Notes: generated from the letters alone by a model not told the origin. Shown: positions 52,167 through 61,163, counted from the first letter of the stretch. The stretch: DNA of 64,000 nt from Halobacteriovorax sp. (GCA_002720865.1 PBIO01000025.1:17-64016); one strand, 5' to 3'. Program-made: numbers and translations.

Positions 52167-52441
52167 TATACAACCTCCACATAATTTGTGGTCTGGTCAG
52201 ACCAGGTAGGTGTTCCGTTAACTGGAGGGGTAACAATACGGCCAACCCGGCGATCTTCTTCCTTACCTCCAAAAACATCACGATCCACAAGGATACGATA
52301 TCGTTGGCATCCCTCGATGTGATCGAAACCAATAACCTCACCCTCAACGTAACATGCTCGTTCTCCAGAAAGGTCGCGACCATAACCATCATCCTGAGCA
52401 AAGTCGAACGAACGAACTCGATTTCCAATTTGAATGTCCAT
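52166..52441 (-). CDS. KOW-like family protein (diverged, G+C-rich)
   Basis: MDIQIGNRVRSFDF...GEVIGF; own TTCGTGCAA-class promoter. Confidence 0.55.
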   Translation of the reverse strand: MDIQIGNRVRSFDFAQDDGYGRDLSGERACYVEGEVIGFDHIEGCQRYRILVDRDVFGGKEEDRRVGRIVTPPVNGTPTWSDQTTNYVEVV

Positions 52442-52466
52442 AATGTTTCCTCCTTGGTATGGTTAT

Positions 52467-52499
52467 ATTATACAACAGGAGGCACCAAATTGCACGAAA
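52467..52499 (-). promoter_or_regulatory. TTCGTGCAA-class promoter (P9)
   Basis: TTTCGTGCAATT, 17-nt spacer, TATAAT (52472-52467). Confidence 0.7.
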
Positions 52500-52636
52500 A
52501 TGTCAGATTAAAAAGCCTATTGTTATTATATAGTTACGCCTAGGGTCCTCTAGAGACCATTTTATGACCTCCCAGGCACCTATTGGGGCTTATAAACAAA
52601 CTAATATATGGTGTATAATTGCAAAAAGGAGTGTTT

Positions 52637-52957
52637 ATGGGACTAATTGATGTATTGGCGCAACTTATTCCGGGCCTTGGTACCAGAGAACGAGAAAGAT
52701 CAAAATTAGCTAAAGAAAATTTAGCACTTTCAGAAAAACTACTGCATGCAGAACAAAAAAATGCCGCCATGCTTCAAAAGTTGTTTCATGGTCGGCAAAC
52801 ACTAGAACAAGAAATTAATGATATGTATAGAATGTATGATGAAGGAGTACTTGATCGAATGCAGGATCCTGTAAAAGGCCTTGTCTGTCTATACACTCAT
52901 ATGGTTTGTTCACATCTTGGTTTCGAAAATCCGATACCTATTGAGTTTGATGCCTGA
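52637..52957 (+). CDS. hypothetical coiled-coil protein
   Basis: AAGGAG RBS before ATG 52637: MGLIDVLAQLIPGLG. Confidence 0.6.
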   Translation: MGLIDVLAQLIPGLGTRERERSKLAKENLALSEKLLHAEQKNAAMLQKLFHGRQTLEQEINDMYRMYDEGVLDRMQDPVKGLVCLYTHMVCSHLGFENPIPIEFDA

Positions 52958-53101
52958 TTCATTTAATAGCTTTGCACGGTATATTGAAAACTGTTGGTAC
53001 GATTGGCCTCCCTGGACTAGTTCAAGCTCTTCATCGCTTAGTTCTGTTACATCTTTAAGATCTTCTTGTGCGGCCTGAGGCTTATTTGTTTTCATCTTCA
53101 T
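52910..53101 (-). CDS. precursor peptide with double-glycine (class II bacteriocin / prochlorosin-type) leader
   Basis: MKMKTNKPQAAQEDLKDVTELSDEELELVQGG followed by a 31-aa core; L-12 S-11 E-8 L-7 V-4 G-2 G-1 all match the GG-leader consensus; weak RBS; 48-nt convergent overlap with the + gene. Confidence 0.55.
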   Translation of the reverse strand: MKMKTNKPQAAQEDLKDVTELSDEELELVQGGQSYQQFSIYRAKLLNESGIKLNRYRIFETKM

Positions 53102-53333
53102 CTTCTTTTTGAGACTTTTTGCTCCACTTATCTTTGGGCATTAATTTTTCAATTCTGAAGCTTAAAGCTTTCATACCATTAACAGTAGGCTGTCCAAGGT
53201 CATCTACACCTATTTCTTTAACTGTTGTTCTTTTATTTTTAAAACGACCGGTAAGAATAATGTCACCCTTTTCTAAATCTAGCTCTAACATTTCCCTTAT
53301 TATCATTCTTAATTGACGCTCAGTAGTCTTCAT
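53082..53333 (-). CDS. KITKRQL-leader family protein (diverged leader)
   Basis: start ATG 53333: MKTTERQLRMIIREML. Confidence 0.6.
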   Translation of the reverse strand: MKTTERQLRMIIREMLELDLEKGDIILTGRFKNKRTTVKEIGVDDLGQPTVNGMKALSFRIEKLMPKDKWSKKSQKEDEDENK

Positions 53334-53856
53334 TGTGGTGCCTAATTGTAAGAGCATGTTCCAATGATTGCTCAAGTTCTTTAGTAATCCCTGTCAGAGC
53401 GTTGTATATTGCACCTAGTACTTTAGGGTCGGGCTCACCATGTGGACCAGCATATCCGAGCTCTGCTACAAGGTCCATTATTTGTTGATATGCATCCTCA
53501 TACGTAGTCTGATCTGCACCATCGTAGCCATATGGCCCTTTTTTGAGCTCTTCTTTGATATTTTTAATACGCCTGGAATATTGCTTAATTGCATTTTCAG
53601 CAGCATAAAGGTACGGGCGGCTATAGTCTTTAGCAGGCATGCCCTCTTTTTCCCTAATACTATCTATATCATTTCGAAGTGAAAGAAGATCTTCTATAGA
53701 GACATTAATATCATCGCTAGCGCCCATGGGACTAAGAAGCTGACCGTTTATAAAAGACACCAGCCTATCTTCACGCGATTCAAGACTTTGAAGGCTTGGC
53801 ATGCCCACCATCGATTCTCTAATAATTTTCCTAAGCTGTCGTTTTGTAATCTTCAT
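53320..53856 (-). CDS. KITKRQL-leader family protein
   Basis: MKITKRQLRKIIRES. Confidence 0.7.
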   Translation of the reverse strand: MKITKRQLRKIIRESMVGMPSLQSLESREDRLVSFINGQLLSPMGASDDINVSIEDLLSLRNDIDSIREKEGMPAKDYSRPYLYAAENAIKQYSRRIKNIKEELKKGPYGYDGADQTTYEDAYQQIMDLVAELGYAGPHGEPDPKVLGAIYNALTGITKELEQSLEHALTIRHHNEDY

Positions 53857-54153
53857 TTACCTGCGGTTCCTTGTTGCCGGTGAAGTATGATGTTCTTCAG
53901 GGGGAATGGTCTTAGACTGCCTAACTTCTCTAGCGACAACCTCTAGAGCATGTGCAATACTCTCAACATATATAGGATTAATCCATACATCTTCGCCGAT
54001 CATATCCTGAGAAAATTCTTCCTCGATGTAGTTCCAAACTCCATTTTGTACGCCACGTGAGATGCCCTCTTCAACATCCGGGCTCATCTCAGAAAGAAGG
54101 CGCGCTTTCTCTTCTTTAATGATTCTTCTTAGTTGTCTCTTTGTGGTTCTCAT
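53857..54153 (-). CDS. KITKRQL-leader family protein
   Basis: MRTTKRQLRRIIKEE. Confidence 0.7.
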   Translation of the reverse strand: MRTTKRQLRRIIKEEKARLLSEMSPDVEEGISRGVQNGVWNYIEEEFSQDMIGEDVWINPIYVESIAHALEVVAREVRQSKTIPPEEHHTSPATRNRR

Positions 54154-54194
54154 AATGTTATTTCCTTAAGTCCCGGTGCATCCCAACTGGGTGG

Positions 54195-54989
54195 TTACCG
54201 GCCTGCTGCCCGGGTGAAAATCTTGATTATCTCTGATAGCGCATGCGCTTCTTCATCATTGGCCGGAGGTTCATAAAAATAATATTCTCCGATCCACCGA
54301 GTTCCGTGTGGGCCTGGAGAAGGGGAGACAGCTTCGGCCATGGCTAAAATAATCTTGAGTACCCCTACCTGGGTCGGCTCCGGCGGATCCTCTGGTAAAT
54401 CTTTACTGAAACTGCCACCATAACCTTCGGTGCTCATAGTATATTCAACGGCTTTAGAGATGTACCCTAGAATTCCACTGGCCCCATGTCGCTCTAAAAC
54501 ATCCTGGTATCGGTTATCCTGAGGGCCTTTGAATGCTTTATGAAGATGAAAATCGAATTGCCTTGCAGTTGCTAGATCTGTCTGATATTGATCCACATCA
54601 GCCTTGCCGCGTCCAGAATCCCACCAGCTCCCCTTGAACCATGCAGGTGTAGATATACTCTTCCTACCCTTCTTCCTGCCCTTCTTCCTGCCCTTCTTCC
54701 GAGGAAGAGTGGCAGCCAAAGTATCTAACCAGCCTGGTTGATTATTGGATATCCAGTCTAATTGTTCATCCCAATCCAGGTCTTGTTCATATCCCGGGAT
54801 TTTTTCCCATAAACCTGCATTAACTAAGTCATCTGCCAAAGCATTAGCGCCGTCGGTCATTGAATGCATATCCGATATTTCATCATACTTTGCATATAAC
54901 CTATCATATGCTGGCCCGCCACCCTCTGAAATGACCCGGGCCACTTCTTCTTTAATGATTCTTCGCAGTTGGCACTTGGTAATTTTCAT
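54195..54989 (-). CDS. KITKRQL-leader family protein
   Basis: MKITKCQLRRIIKEE; internal (KKGR)3. Confidence 0.7.
   Translation of the reverse strand: MKITKCQLRRIIKEEVARVISEGGGPAYDRLYAKYDEISDMHSMTDGANALADDLVNAGLWEKIPGYEQDLDWDEQLDWISNNQPGWLDTLAATLPRKKGRKKGRKKGRKSISTPAWFKGSWWDSGRGKADVDQYQTDLATARQFDFHLHKAFKGPQDNRYQDVLERHGASGILGYISKAVEYTMSTEGYGGSFSKDLPEDPPEPTQVGVLKIILAMAEAVSPSPGPHGTRWIGEYYFYEPPANDEEAHALSEIIKIFTRAAGR
54667..54700. repeat. 12-nt tandem repeat inside a CDS
   Basis: cccttcttcctg x2 plus a partial third copy, encoding KKGRKKGRKKGR on the minus strand. Confidence 0.8.
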
Positions 54990-55390
54990 TATACTTTATC
55001 CCTTTTCGAAAGTACTGATACTCCAATTGCAGAATATATTTCCGGACCTACATGGTGATTAACTTGTTTAAGCTTTATACCCTGCCAATTAATCGGGGGC
55101 TCCAAATAATCAGTCGGAGGAAGTGCTGCACCCTCCGCTTTTAAAGCTTTCCATGCTATGTCCCTATCAGACTTGTCATCAAAAATAACCATGTTTCGAA
55201 TAGAGAACATCGTTTGCCCGCCTTTGCCTCTTTCTGATCGTTGTCCGGATTTTGGAAGGTTATTTAGAGGCTGGCCACCAAAGCGGTCTGCTATAGCAAC
55301 AGTTGCAGACCCTACATCCCATTGATTTTCTGAAAGCATTTCAAGTTCTTCTTTAATGATTCGCCTGAGTTGTCTTTGAGTAATTTTCAT
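54989..55390 (-). CDS. KITKRQL-leader family protein
   Basis: start ATG 55390: MKITQRQLRRIIKEE. Confidence 0.7.
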   Translation of the reverse strand: MKITQRQLRRIIKEELEMLSENQWDVGSATVAIADRFGGQPLNNLPKSGQRSERGKGGQTMFSIRNMVIFDDKSDRDIAWKALKAEGAALPPTDYLEPPINWQGIKLKQVNHHVGPEIYSAIGVSVLSKRDKV

Positions 55391-56373
55391 TTTAAAATCC
55401 CAGCCAACCTTTGCCATTTTTCGATAAGTAGATCATCCCTGGTTTTTCTTGACTCTGTTTTTGTTGCATTTCCAAGAGCATTTCCAAGAGCAGTAAGAAA
55501 CTTAAGTGTGCGTTTCTCATCACCAAGAGATTGTAGATCAACTTGTCCTGCAGTGCCTAGTGATGCTGAAGGATCGTTCAACATCGTTGCTGCCCACCGA
55601 TGATGGCCATCAAGGATCTCTCCGTTCGTACCTGCCCAAGCATCTAGATCACCCCCTGCAATTTGGTTTTTTGGGTTCATTGCCATCCCTAGGGCCTTGT
55701 ATATAAGAATATTTGATTGGGTTGGTATAGCATCGCTTGCAGGAACTGATCCACCCTTAACAACCTTGATATCATCATCATCTTTATTCCCATCATTTTC
55801 TTCATGGCCGGATGTCATAAATTCTTTAGATTCAGCGTCATCCATACCTACAAATGTATTGGGCGCAGGAGGTACATTAAACTTTCCCCTCTTAAGATTT
55901 ACTTTTCTTTCCTTAAGGGCCCTGATGTTTGATACATCATTCTTTTGGACGGCTTCATTGTGTGTGTCAATATTAAACTTGCCTCCAGGCGAAAGAGCAT
56001 CAACTACTTGATCGACTGAACCTTTGGCATCTTCCGGGCCAGGAAGAAACGGCATGACAGACTTAGGTAATCCAGAAGTTGGTATTTTTGATGCCAACGT
56101 TTTGATTCTAGAAGCAACTTCCTCAGGTCCAATTTTTTCTACCCACTCCTTTGCCTGTGCACCGTTAGTAGCGAACCACTGGCCTTGAGTTGATTTAACA
56201 ATTGGGGCATTATCATCTCCGGAAAGTAGCTGATTTACTATTTCGATTGGGTCAACATCTTTAACATTTGTTGACTTATCAACTGCGTCGCCCCGAGGAG
56301 CATCACCAATTTTACCGGTTGATTTCTCCTCTTCTTCAAATAAGATACTTACTAAGCTTGGAATTTTTTTCAT
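55387..56373 (-). CDS. ParB-like nuclease-domain protein (no leader motif)
   Basis: ILDGHHRWAATML, a ParB/Srx-fold DGHHR motif; embedded in the leader-family array. Confidence 0.6.
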   Translation of the reverse strand: MKKIPSLVSILFEEEEKSTGKIGDAPRGDAVDKSTNVKDVDPIEIVNQLLSGDDNAPIVKSTQGQWFATNGAQAKEWVEKIGPEEVASRIKTLASKIPTSGLPKSVMPFLPGPEDAKGSVDQVVDALSPGGKFNIDTHNEAVQKNDVSNIRALKERKVNLKRGKFNVPPAPNTFVGMDDAESKEFMTSGHEENDGNKDDDDIKVVKGGSVPASDAIPTQSNILIYKALGMAMNPKNQIAGGDLDAWAGTNGEILDGHHRWAATMLNDPSASLGTAGQVDLQSLGDEKRTLKFLTALGNALGNATKTESRKTRDDLLIEKWQRLAGILK

Positions 56374-56843
56374 CCTGATGTCCTCATCGGTCCTTCAATT
56401 ATTTCATTTAAAAATGCCACAAAATTCTTAGCACTTTTCTTATCGTGGATGCTAAGTGCTTTTTTATCATCGACATATATTTCCATGGTCAGACCATCCC
56501 ATGTCCACGCAGCCTTAATATTACCAATCCCGATTATGTCCTCTTCCCTAACTGGATCCCGCGGGCCAGATTGTTCTTTTTTCTTTTTGCCCCAAAACTC
56601 AGATAATTTACGAATTTCTTCTTTAATAAGTGCAGAAGGATCATGACGGCGCATACCAGAATCCCACCTAACCGAAATTTGCCTGTCTCTTTTATTTGAT
56701 TTTGCAACAACACGGCCAACACCAAGGTGCGCATCGTCCTTATGGCGAACGATATCACCTACCGTGATGTTAAACGTAGGCCTAGACTCTGAGAATAATT
56801 CTTCTCTAATAATCTTTCTTAGTTGATGCTTGGTAATTTTCAT
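56370..56843 (-). CDS. KITKRQL-leader family protein
   Basis: start ATG 56843: MKITKHQLRKIIREE. Confidence 0.7.
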   Translation of the reverse strand: MKITKHQLRKIIREELFSESRPTFNITVGDIVRHKDDAHLGVGRVVAKSNKRDRQISVRWDSGMRRHDPSALIKEEIRKLSEFWGKKKKEQSGPRDPVREEDIIGIGNIKAAWTWDGLTMEIYVDDKKALSIHDKKSAKNFVAFLNEIIEGPMRTSG

Positions 56844-56844
56844 C

Positions 56845-57189
56845 TTACCATTCTCCGGTGTCATTGCCATCTTCATCTAGCATTACAGCATATTCTTCAA
56901 GCTCTTCATATGTTGTAGCCATAGTAGTAGAAAAACTATTCGGATATTCATCAGATGCAGCAGCTGACATTATATGGCCATACCAATAGCGGAACGCCCT
57001 GGCTTCAATCGACCTATCTGGTACTAGCTTGGTAATCTCGAGCGCTTCTTCTGTTAGTACTTGAATCTCTTGCATGATATCCTTAAATCGATATAGATCA
57101 TTCTCATCTAGGCCCTCAAATTGCTCTTTAAGAATACGAGATTTTTCCTCACGAATTATTCTTCTTAACTGTCGTTTTGTAATTTTCAT
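56845..57189 (-). CDS. KITKRQL-leader family protein
   Basis: MKITKRQLRRIIREE. Confidence 0.7.
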   Translation of the reverse strand: MKITKRQLRRIIREEKSRILKEQFEGLDENDLYRFKDIMQEIQVLTEEALEITKLVPDRSIEARAFRYWYGHIMSAAASDEYPNSFSTTMATTYEELEEYAVMLDEDGNDTGEW

Positions 57190-57491
57190 TATCGTAACCC
57201 AAACTCTATAAGCTCTTCAGCATCATCAATAATCGTGCCAAGATAATCTGACAACTCTGGGAACAGTTCATAAAGAGATTCTTCCACCTCTTCGCGATCG
57301 CCTCCACCCTTAAAGATATTAACAGCTGTATCCCTGGCTTCCATTTCTATGTCCATGATCTTGGGTTCCCAGCCACCCTCAGGTTCTCCATACATGGTAC
57401 CATCATGTGGATTAGCCTCACGATCAATAAAGAAATCTTTCTCAATAGTTTCCTTGATGATTCTTCTTAGTTGCTTTTTTGTAATTTTCAT
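57189..57491 (-). CDS. KITKRQL-leader family protein
   Basis: MKITKKQLRRIIKET. Confidence 0.7.
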   Translation of the reverse strand: MKITKKQLRRIIKETIEKDFFIDREANPHDGTMYGEPEGGWEPKIMDIEMEARDTAVNIFKGGGDREEVEESLYELFPELSDYLGTIIDDAEELIEFGLR

Positions 57492-57492
57492 T

Positions 57493-58281
57493 TTAAAGTT
57501 CCCTGTATATATCTGCTAATGCTTGCTTCAAATACTTTCGGCCATTTTCCCCTAGCTCAGCAAATAATTGCGATAAAATCTCCTTTACAGAATCCTTATT
57601 GTTCGCTGCGTCAATAGCAACTAGAAGAGGTTGTACGCCACTTTTATCTAGTGCAATGTCTGCTTTTTTTCCTGCAGCAGTCTTTGATTCTGCACCGGCA
57701 TCAGCAGAAGCTTCATCTTCAGGATTTTCTTTAAGAATTTCTTCTCTAATAATTTGCCGTAAGCGGCTTTTCGTTATATTCATTGCTTTATTCTCCCATT
57801 GTCTTTGTGCACTTTTTGTTTTTAGACGTTTACCCATTCCAGATCTCTGAGGTACTTTTTCATAGTCTAAATCTAATCCAGGTACCTGTAGGGCTGCTAG
57901 CTCCTGTCGCTCTTTTTCCCACTCTGCTTCACGCTCAGCATTAAATGCATCATCTTCTGCCATAGCTTCAGCTTCACGATCTAAGTCATCAATCGCCGCT
58001 TGAACTTGTGCGACTGTCTCAAACCTTGCCCAACGTGGTCGGATACCATGAAGCGATTTGAATGCGTCTGAGTACGTCTGAGATAAGATCTCAAAGGCTA
58101 ACTCTTCTCCAGTTGTAATACCTCTCTCTTCCCAAAATGACTGATCTGTAACAAGGGTCATACCATATAATCCTGGGCCAGCTTGGGCATTAATTTTCTC
58201 AGCTTCTTCCTGTGCAGTAGGTGCAAAGCCTGACATAGCTTCACGAATTATCTTCTCTAGTTTTTTGCGACTAATTCTCAT
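57493..58281 (-). CDS. KITKRQL-leader family protein with two leader copies
   Basis: MRISRKKLEKIIREA at the N-terminus and an internal MNITKSRLRQIIREE. Confidence 0.7.
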   Translation of the reverse strand: MRISRKKLEKIIREAMSGFAPTAQEEAEKINAQAGPGLYGMTLVTDQSFWEERGITTGEELAFEILSQTYSDAFKSLHGIRPRWARFETVAQVQAAIDDLDREAEAMAEDDAFNAEREAEWEKERQELAALQVPGLDLDYEKVPQRSGMGKRLKTKSAQRQWENKAMNITKSRLRQIIREEILKENPEDEASADAGAESKTAAGKKADIALDKSGVQPLLVAIDAANNKDSVKEILSQLFAELGENGRKYLKQALADIYREL

Positions 58282-58290
58282 GTTATCATC

Positions 58291-59667
58291 CTAATCATAA
58301 TATGGCATCATCGGTGGACCCTGGGGCGGCCGGCGGCCCAAGGTTTTTCCTGCTCTTCTGTTCAGGAAGTCTAAAAATTTTGGAACATCAATCTGATCTT
58401 TTGGAACAGCCACCTCACCAACACCATGTGATATACTATCTGGTGCGGAAAGCCTTATATACCTCTTATACTCTTTCCATCCTAGGGTCTTTAAATCCTC
58501 AGGGGTGACCGTGGATGTAAAATGGTTTGCCAATAGTTCTAGCCATTCTTTATCTGGGTCAGATGTTATAGCACTACTTTGTCGAGCTTTTTCTATTTTC
58601 CACGCTTCATTTTCTATTGCATCAGTGTCACGACGTGTCACACCATTGCTGTACAATAGATCTGCTAGTTCACTATCATCTAAAAATACTGGTAAATCAG
58701 ACCACCCAAATATTGGCAATAATATCTCTGCAGCCTCCTTATATTTTTTTGCTTTGGCAAGTGGAACTACGACAGCTGCAATTTCATCATCACTATTCTT
58801 TGCAGTAAGGGTTTCATTAATGATCCCTGCTATCTTTAAAATCCTATTATATGAAGCGGCAATCGTTTCTTTAGCAGGATCTTCACCTGATATCCATTCT
58901 CCATATTTCTTAATATATTTTGAGACTCCGTTGCTAATTCCTGTGTATACTGTATCAGCAACAATATCCTTGAATATCTGTTTACTAGGCCGGCTATTAC
59001 CATACCCAAAACTATAAGAGCTCTTATTTTCATCTGGCAACGAGCTATATAAATCCGCAACTTCCTTACTGTCAGCCCACTCGGTATAGCCTGATGCGAT
59101 ATCTGCTGAGGCATCTTGCCCGTATTGAAGCACATAATCTCCGGGGCTATCCCATTGTTGGTAGCTGCTTCCATCTTGCCACATCTTAGGATTATTATAG
59201 GCATCATGCATAGTATCCATGGCCCAATCTTCTCCGCCGGCTTCAGCATCATTCAATATTTTTTCTTTGAGAGCTTCATATTTTTCTTCAGCTTCTTCTT
59301 CCTGGCGCTTTTCTTCAGCTTCAGCTTCATCTTCCCTGGCAAAATGCGCATCCCAGTCGTAGTCGGGATCTGACTCATCTGTAATCGGGCCTTTTTCTTC
59401 AGGCTCTATATACCACTGACTGTCTGGGTACCACTCTTGCTCTTCCATGGATTCACCAGCTGGAATCATCATTTCAAATGATTCCGGATCTTCAACATCT
59501 GTCTCTACCTGATCACCTGGTTCGAGCTCATCCAAGAACATCTCCATATCAGCAGTCGTTTGAAATTCTGGAACAGTATATCCTGCATCATACTCTTTAA
59601 GAAGTCTTTTTGCACGGATCACTTCTTCCTTGATGATTCTTTTCAGTTGTCGTTTTGTGATTTTCAT
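58291..59667 (-). CDS. KITKRQL-leader family protein (largest, 458 aa)
   Basis: start ATG 59667: MKITKRQLKRIIKEE; acidic body. Confidence 0.7.
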   Translation of the reverse strand: MKITKRQLKRIIKEEVIRAKRLLKEYDAGYTVPEFQTTADMEMFLDELEPGDQVETDVEDPESFEMMIPAGESMEEQEWYPDSQWYIEPEEKGPITDESDPDYDWDAHFAREDEAEAEEKRQEEEAEEKYEALKEKILNDAEAGGEDWAMDTMHDAYNNPKMWQDGSSYQQWDSPGDYVLQYGQDASADIASGYTEWADSKEVADLYSSLPDENKSSYSFGYGNSRPSKQIFKDIVADTVYTGISNGVSKYIKKYGEWISGEDPAKETIAASYNRILKIAGIINETLTAKNSDDEIAAVVVPLAKAKKYKEAAEILLPIFGWSDLPVFLDDSELADLLYSNGVTRRDTDAIENEAWKIEKARQSSAITSDPDKEWLELLANHFTSTVTPEDLKTLGWKEYKRYIRLSAPDSISHGVGEVAVPKDQIDVPKFLDFLNRRAGKTLGRRPPQGPPMMPYYD

Positions 59668-59965
59668 TATATTCCTCTTCCGGTATGCTACTTTCGACGT
59701 CATCAGCCAAGCCACGGAGGTCGGCAGCTAACTCATGCCATTCCGACGGATTCGTTTGATCCATTGCTTGATTTATTATGTCAGCAAGGGTATGCCATAG
59801 TGGTTGATCATAAGAGCGGCCTTTAATCTTAACGCTTGAAAGGCTTCCTCGTTGAGCATCCATCTTTGCTGCTGCGATCCCCATATCAGCAGGAGTCATT
59901 TCATTTATTAGCTTAGAATGTTCTTCTTTAATGATTCTTTTTAATTGTCGTTTTGTGATTTTCAT
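59597..59965 (-). CDS. KITKRQL-leader family protein
   Basis: MKITKRQLKRIIKEE; its 3' end reads 71 nt into the next member's leader in another frame. Confidence 0.65.
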   Translation of the reverse strand: MKITKRQLKRIIKEEHSKLINEMTPADMGIAAAKMDAQRGSLSSVKIKGRSYDQPLWHTLADIINQAMDQTNPSEWHELAADLRGLADDVESSIPEEEYNENHKTTTEKNHQGRSDPCKKTS

Positions 59966-60720
59966 TAGTCTAACCTTACGTCAATAATATCTGGCACCAT
60001 ACGCTTAAGTTCTCGTAAACCAGCTGGATACATACTTCCAGGCATCTCAACTACTATGTCGATTGCCGTACCGTTATCACCTAGTTCCATTACAACACCT
60101 GACATTTCGTCACCAGGTTGTATTCCGCCATATTCATCTTCATAATCTTCCCATGCATCGAAGCCCATATAGAATGTACCACTGCTTGGGCTGTAGCCAA
60201 GATAAGACTCCTGCCCTTCGCTATATCCGGATCGTTGAAGATACTGCCAGGCCTCACCAACACCGGGGCCCTCATAAAATACCTGATATACGTTTACTCC
60301 ATCAACCATTACACCTTCAGGCCAGGCGGCACTAACTTGTTCTTCGGTAACATCTGGATCCGTAAGTTCGGCCGTGATACCACTCATATTACTTTCAGAA
60401 AGCCCTTCTTCTGATTCTGCAGCTGCCTTAAGGGCAGCTTTAGCTCTTGCGCGCCGGGTTTCAGAAGCTTTTCGGGCCCGATAATCCGCGGGGGACTCAT
60501 CACCATACGGATTTTCTCGGCCGTAATAGTCAGCCTGTCTCTCGTTCCGGGTCCGTTGCGCTTTACGTGCACGATAGTCTGCTGGAGACTCGTCACCATA
60601 TTCGTTGTCAGGGCCATGGAGTCGATCGTTTAATCTTCTTTGAGCCTCAGGTGAACGTTCAACAAGTCTTGAGATCTCTTCTTTGATTATTCTTCTTAGT
60701 TGTTTTTGTGTAATTTTCAT
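59965..60720 (-). CDS. KITKRQL-leader family protein
   Basis: start ATG 60720: MKITQKQLRRIIKEE; internal duplicated YGDESPADYRARKA. Confidence 0.7.
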   Translation of the reverse strand: MKITQKQLRRIIKEEISRLVERSPEAQRRLNDRLHGPDNEYGDESPADYRARKAQRTRNERQADYYGRENPYGDESPADYRARKASETRRARAKAALKAAAESEEGLSESNMSGITAELTDPDVTEEQVSAAWPEGVMVDGVNVYQVFYEGPGVGEAWQYLQRSGYSEGQESYLGYSPSSGTFYMGFDAWEDYEDEYGGIQPGDEMSGVVMELGDNGTAIDIVVEMPGSMYPAGLRELKRMVPDIIDVRLD

Positions 60721-61163
60721 TCTTTCTGCATCCACTCGTCCCCCCAATCGAGGTCGTCCATCCATGAGTCATCGCCGGCGTCTTCGTCGTCTTCGTCGTC
60801 ATCAAAGGTCCCAAGAGCCAATAGGCTATCCCTTAGGTCAGCTGGAGCAGACCCATCATCTATAGCCCAATTAATCTCATCCTCTACATCGGTGGGATCA
60901 GGGCTGCCATCATCAGTCATTTGATCAATACGTTGAGATAGAGGGTGATCTGGGCCCAATACATCCCTTATGTCTTCCCACATATAGTCAACAGTGTCAG
61001 TCCGGCTCTCATACTGTTCCCAATGTGCATCGGCAGCCAGAAAATAAGGGTGCCTCTTCGGCTTCTTCTTCTTTTTGTTTTTCTTTTTCTTTTTCTCAAT
61101 TAGAATATTTCTAGAAATTTCTTCCTTGATGATTCTTTTGAGTTGGCTCTTTGTGATTTTCAT
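60717..61163 (-). CDS. KITKRQL-leader family protein
   Basis: MKITKSQLKRIIKEE followed by a poly-Lys tract. Confidence 0.7.
   Translation of the reverse strand: MKITKSQLKRIIKEEISRNILIEKKKKKNKKKKKPKRHPYFLAADAHWEQYESRTDTVDYMWEDIRDVLGPDHPLSQRIDQMTDDGSPDPTDVEDEINWAIDDGSAPADLRDSLLALGTFDDDEDDEDAGDDSWMDDLDWGDEWMQKE

Noticed and set aside
52117-52428. ORF 52117..52428 (-)
   Set aside because: It is an out-of-frame overlap of 51927..52166 and 52166..52441, both of which have family motifs or a promoter.
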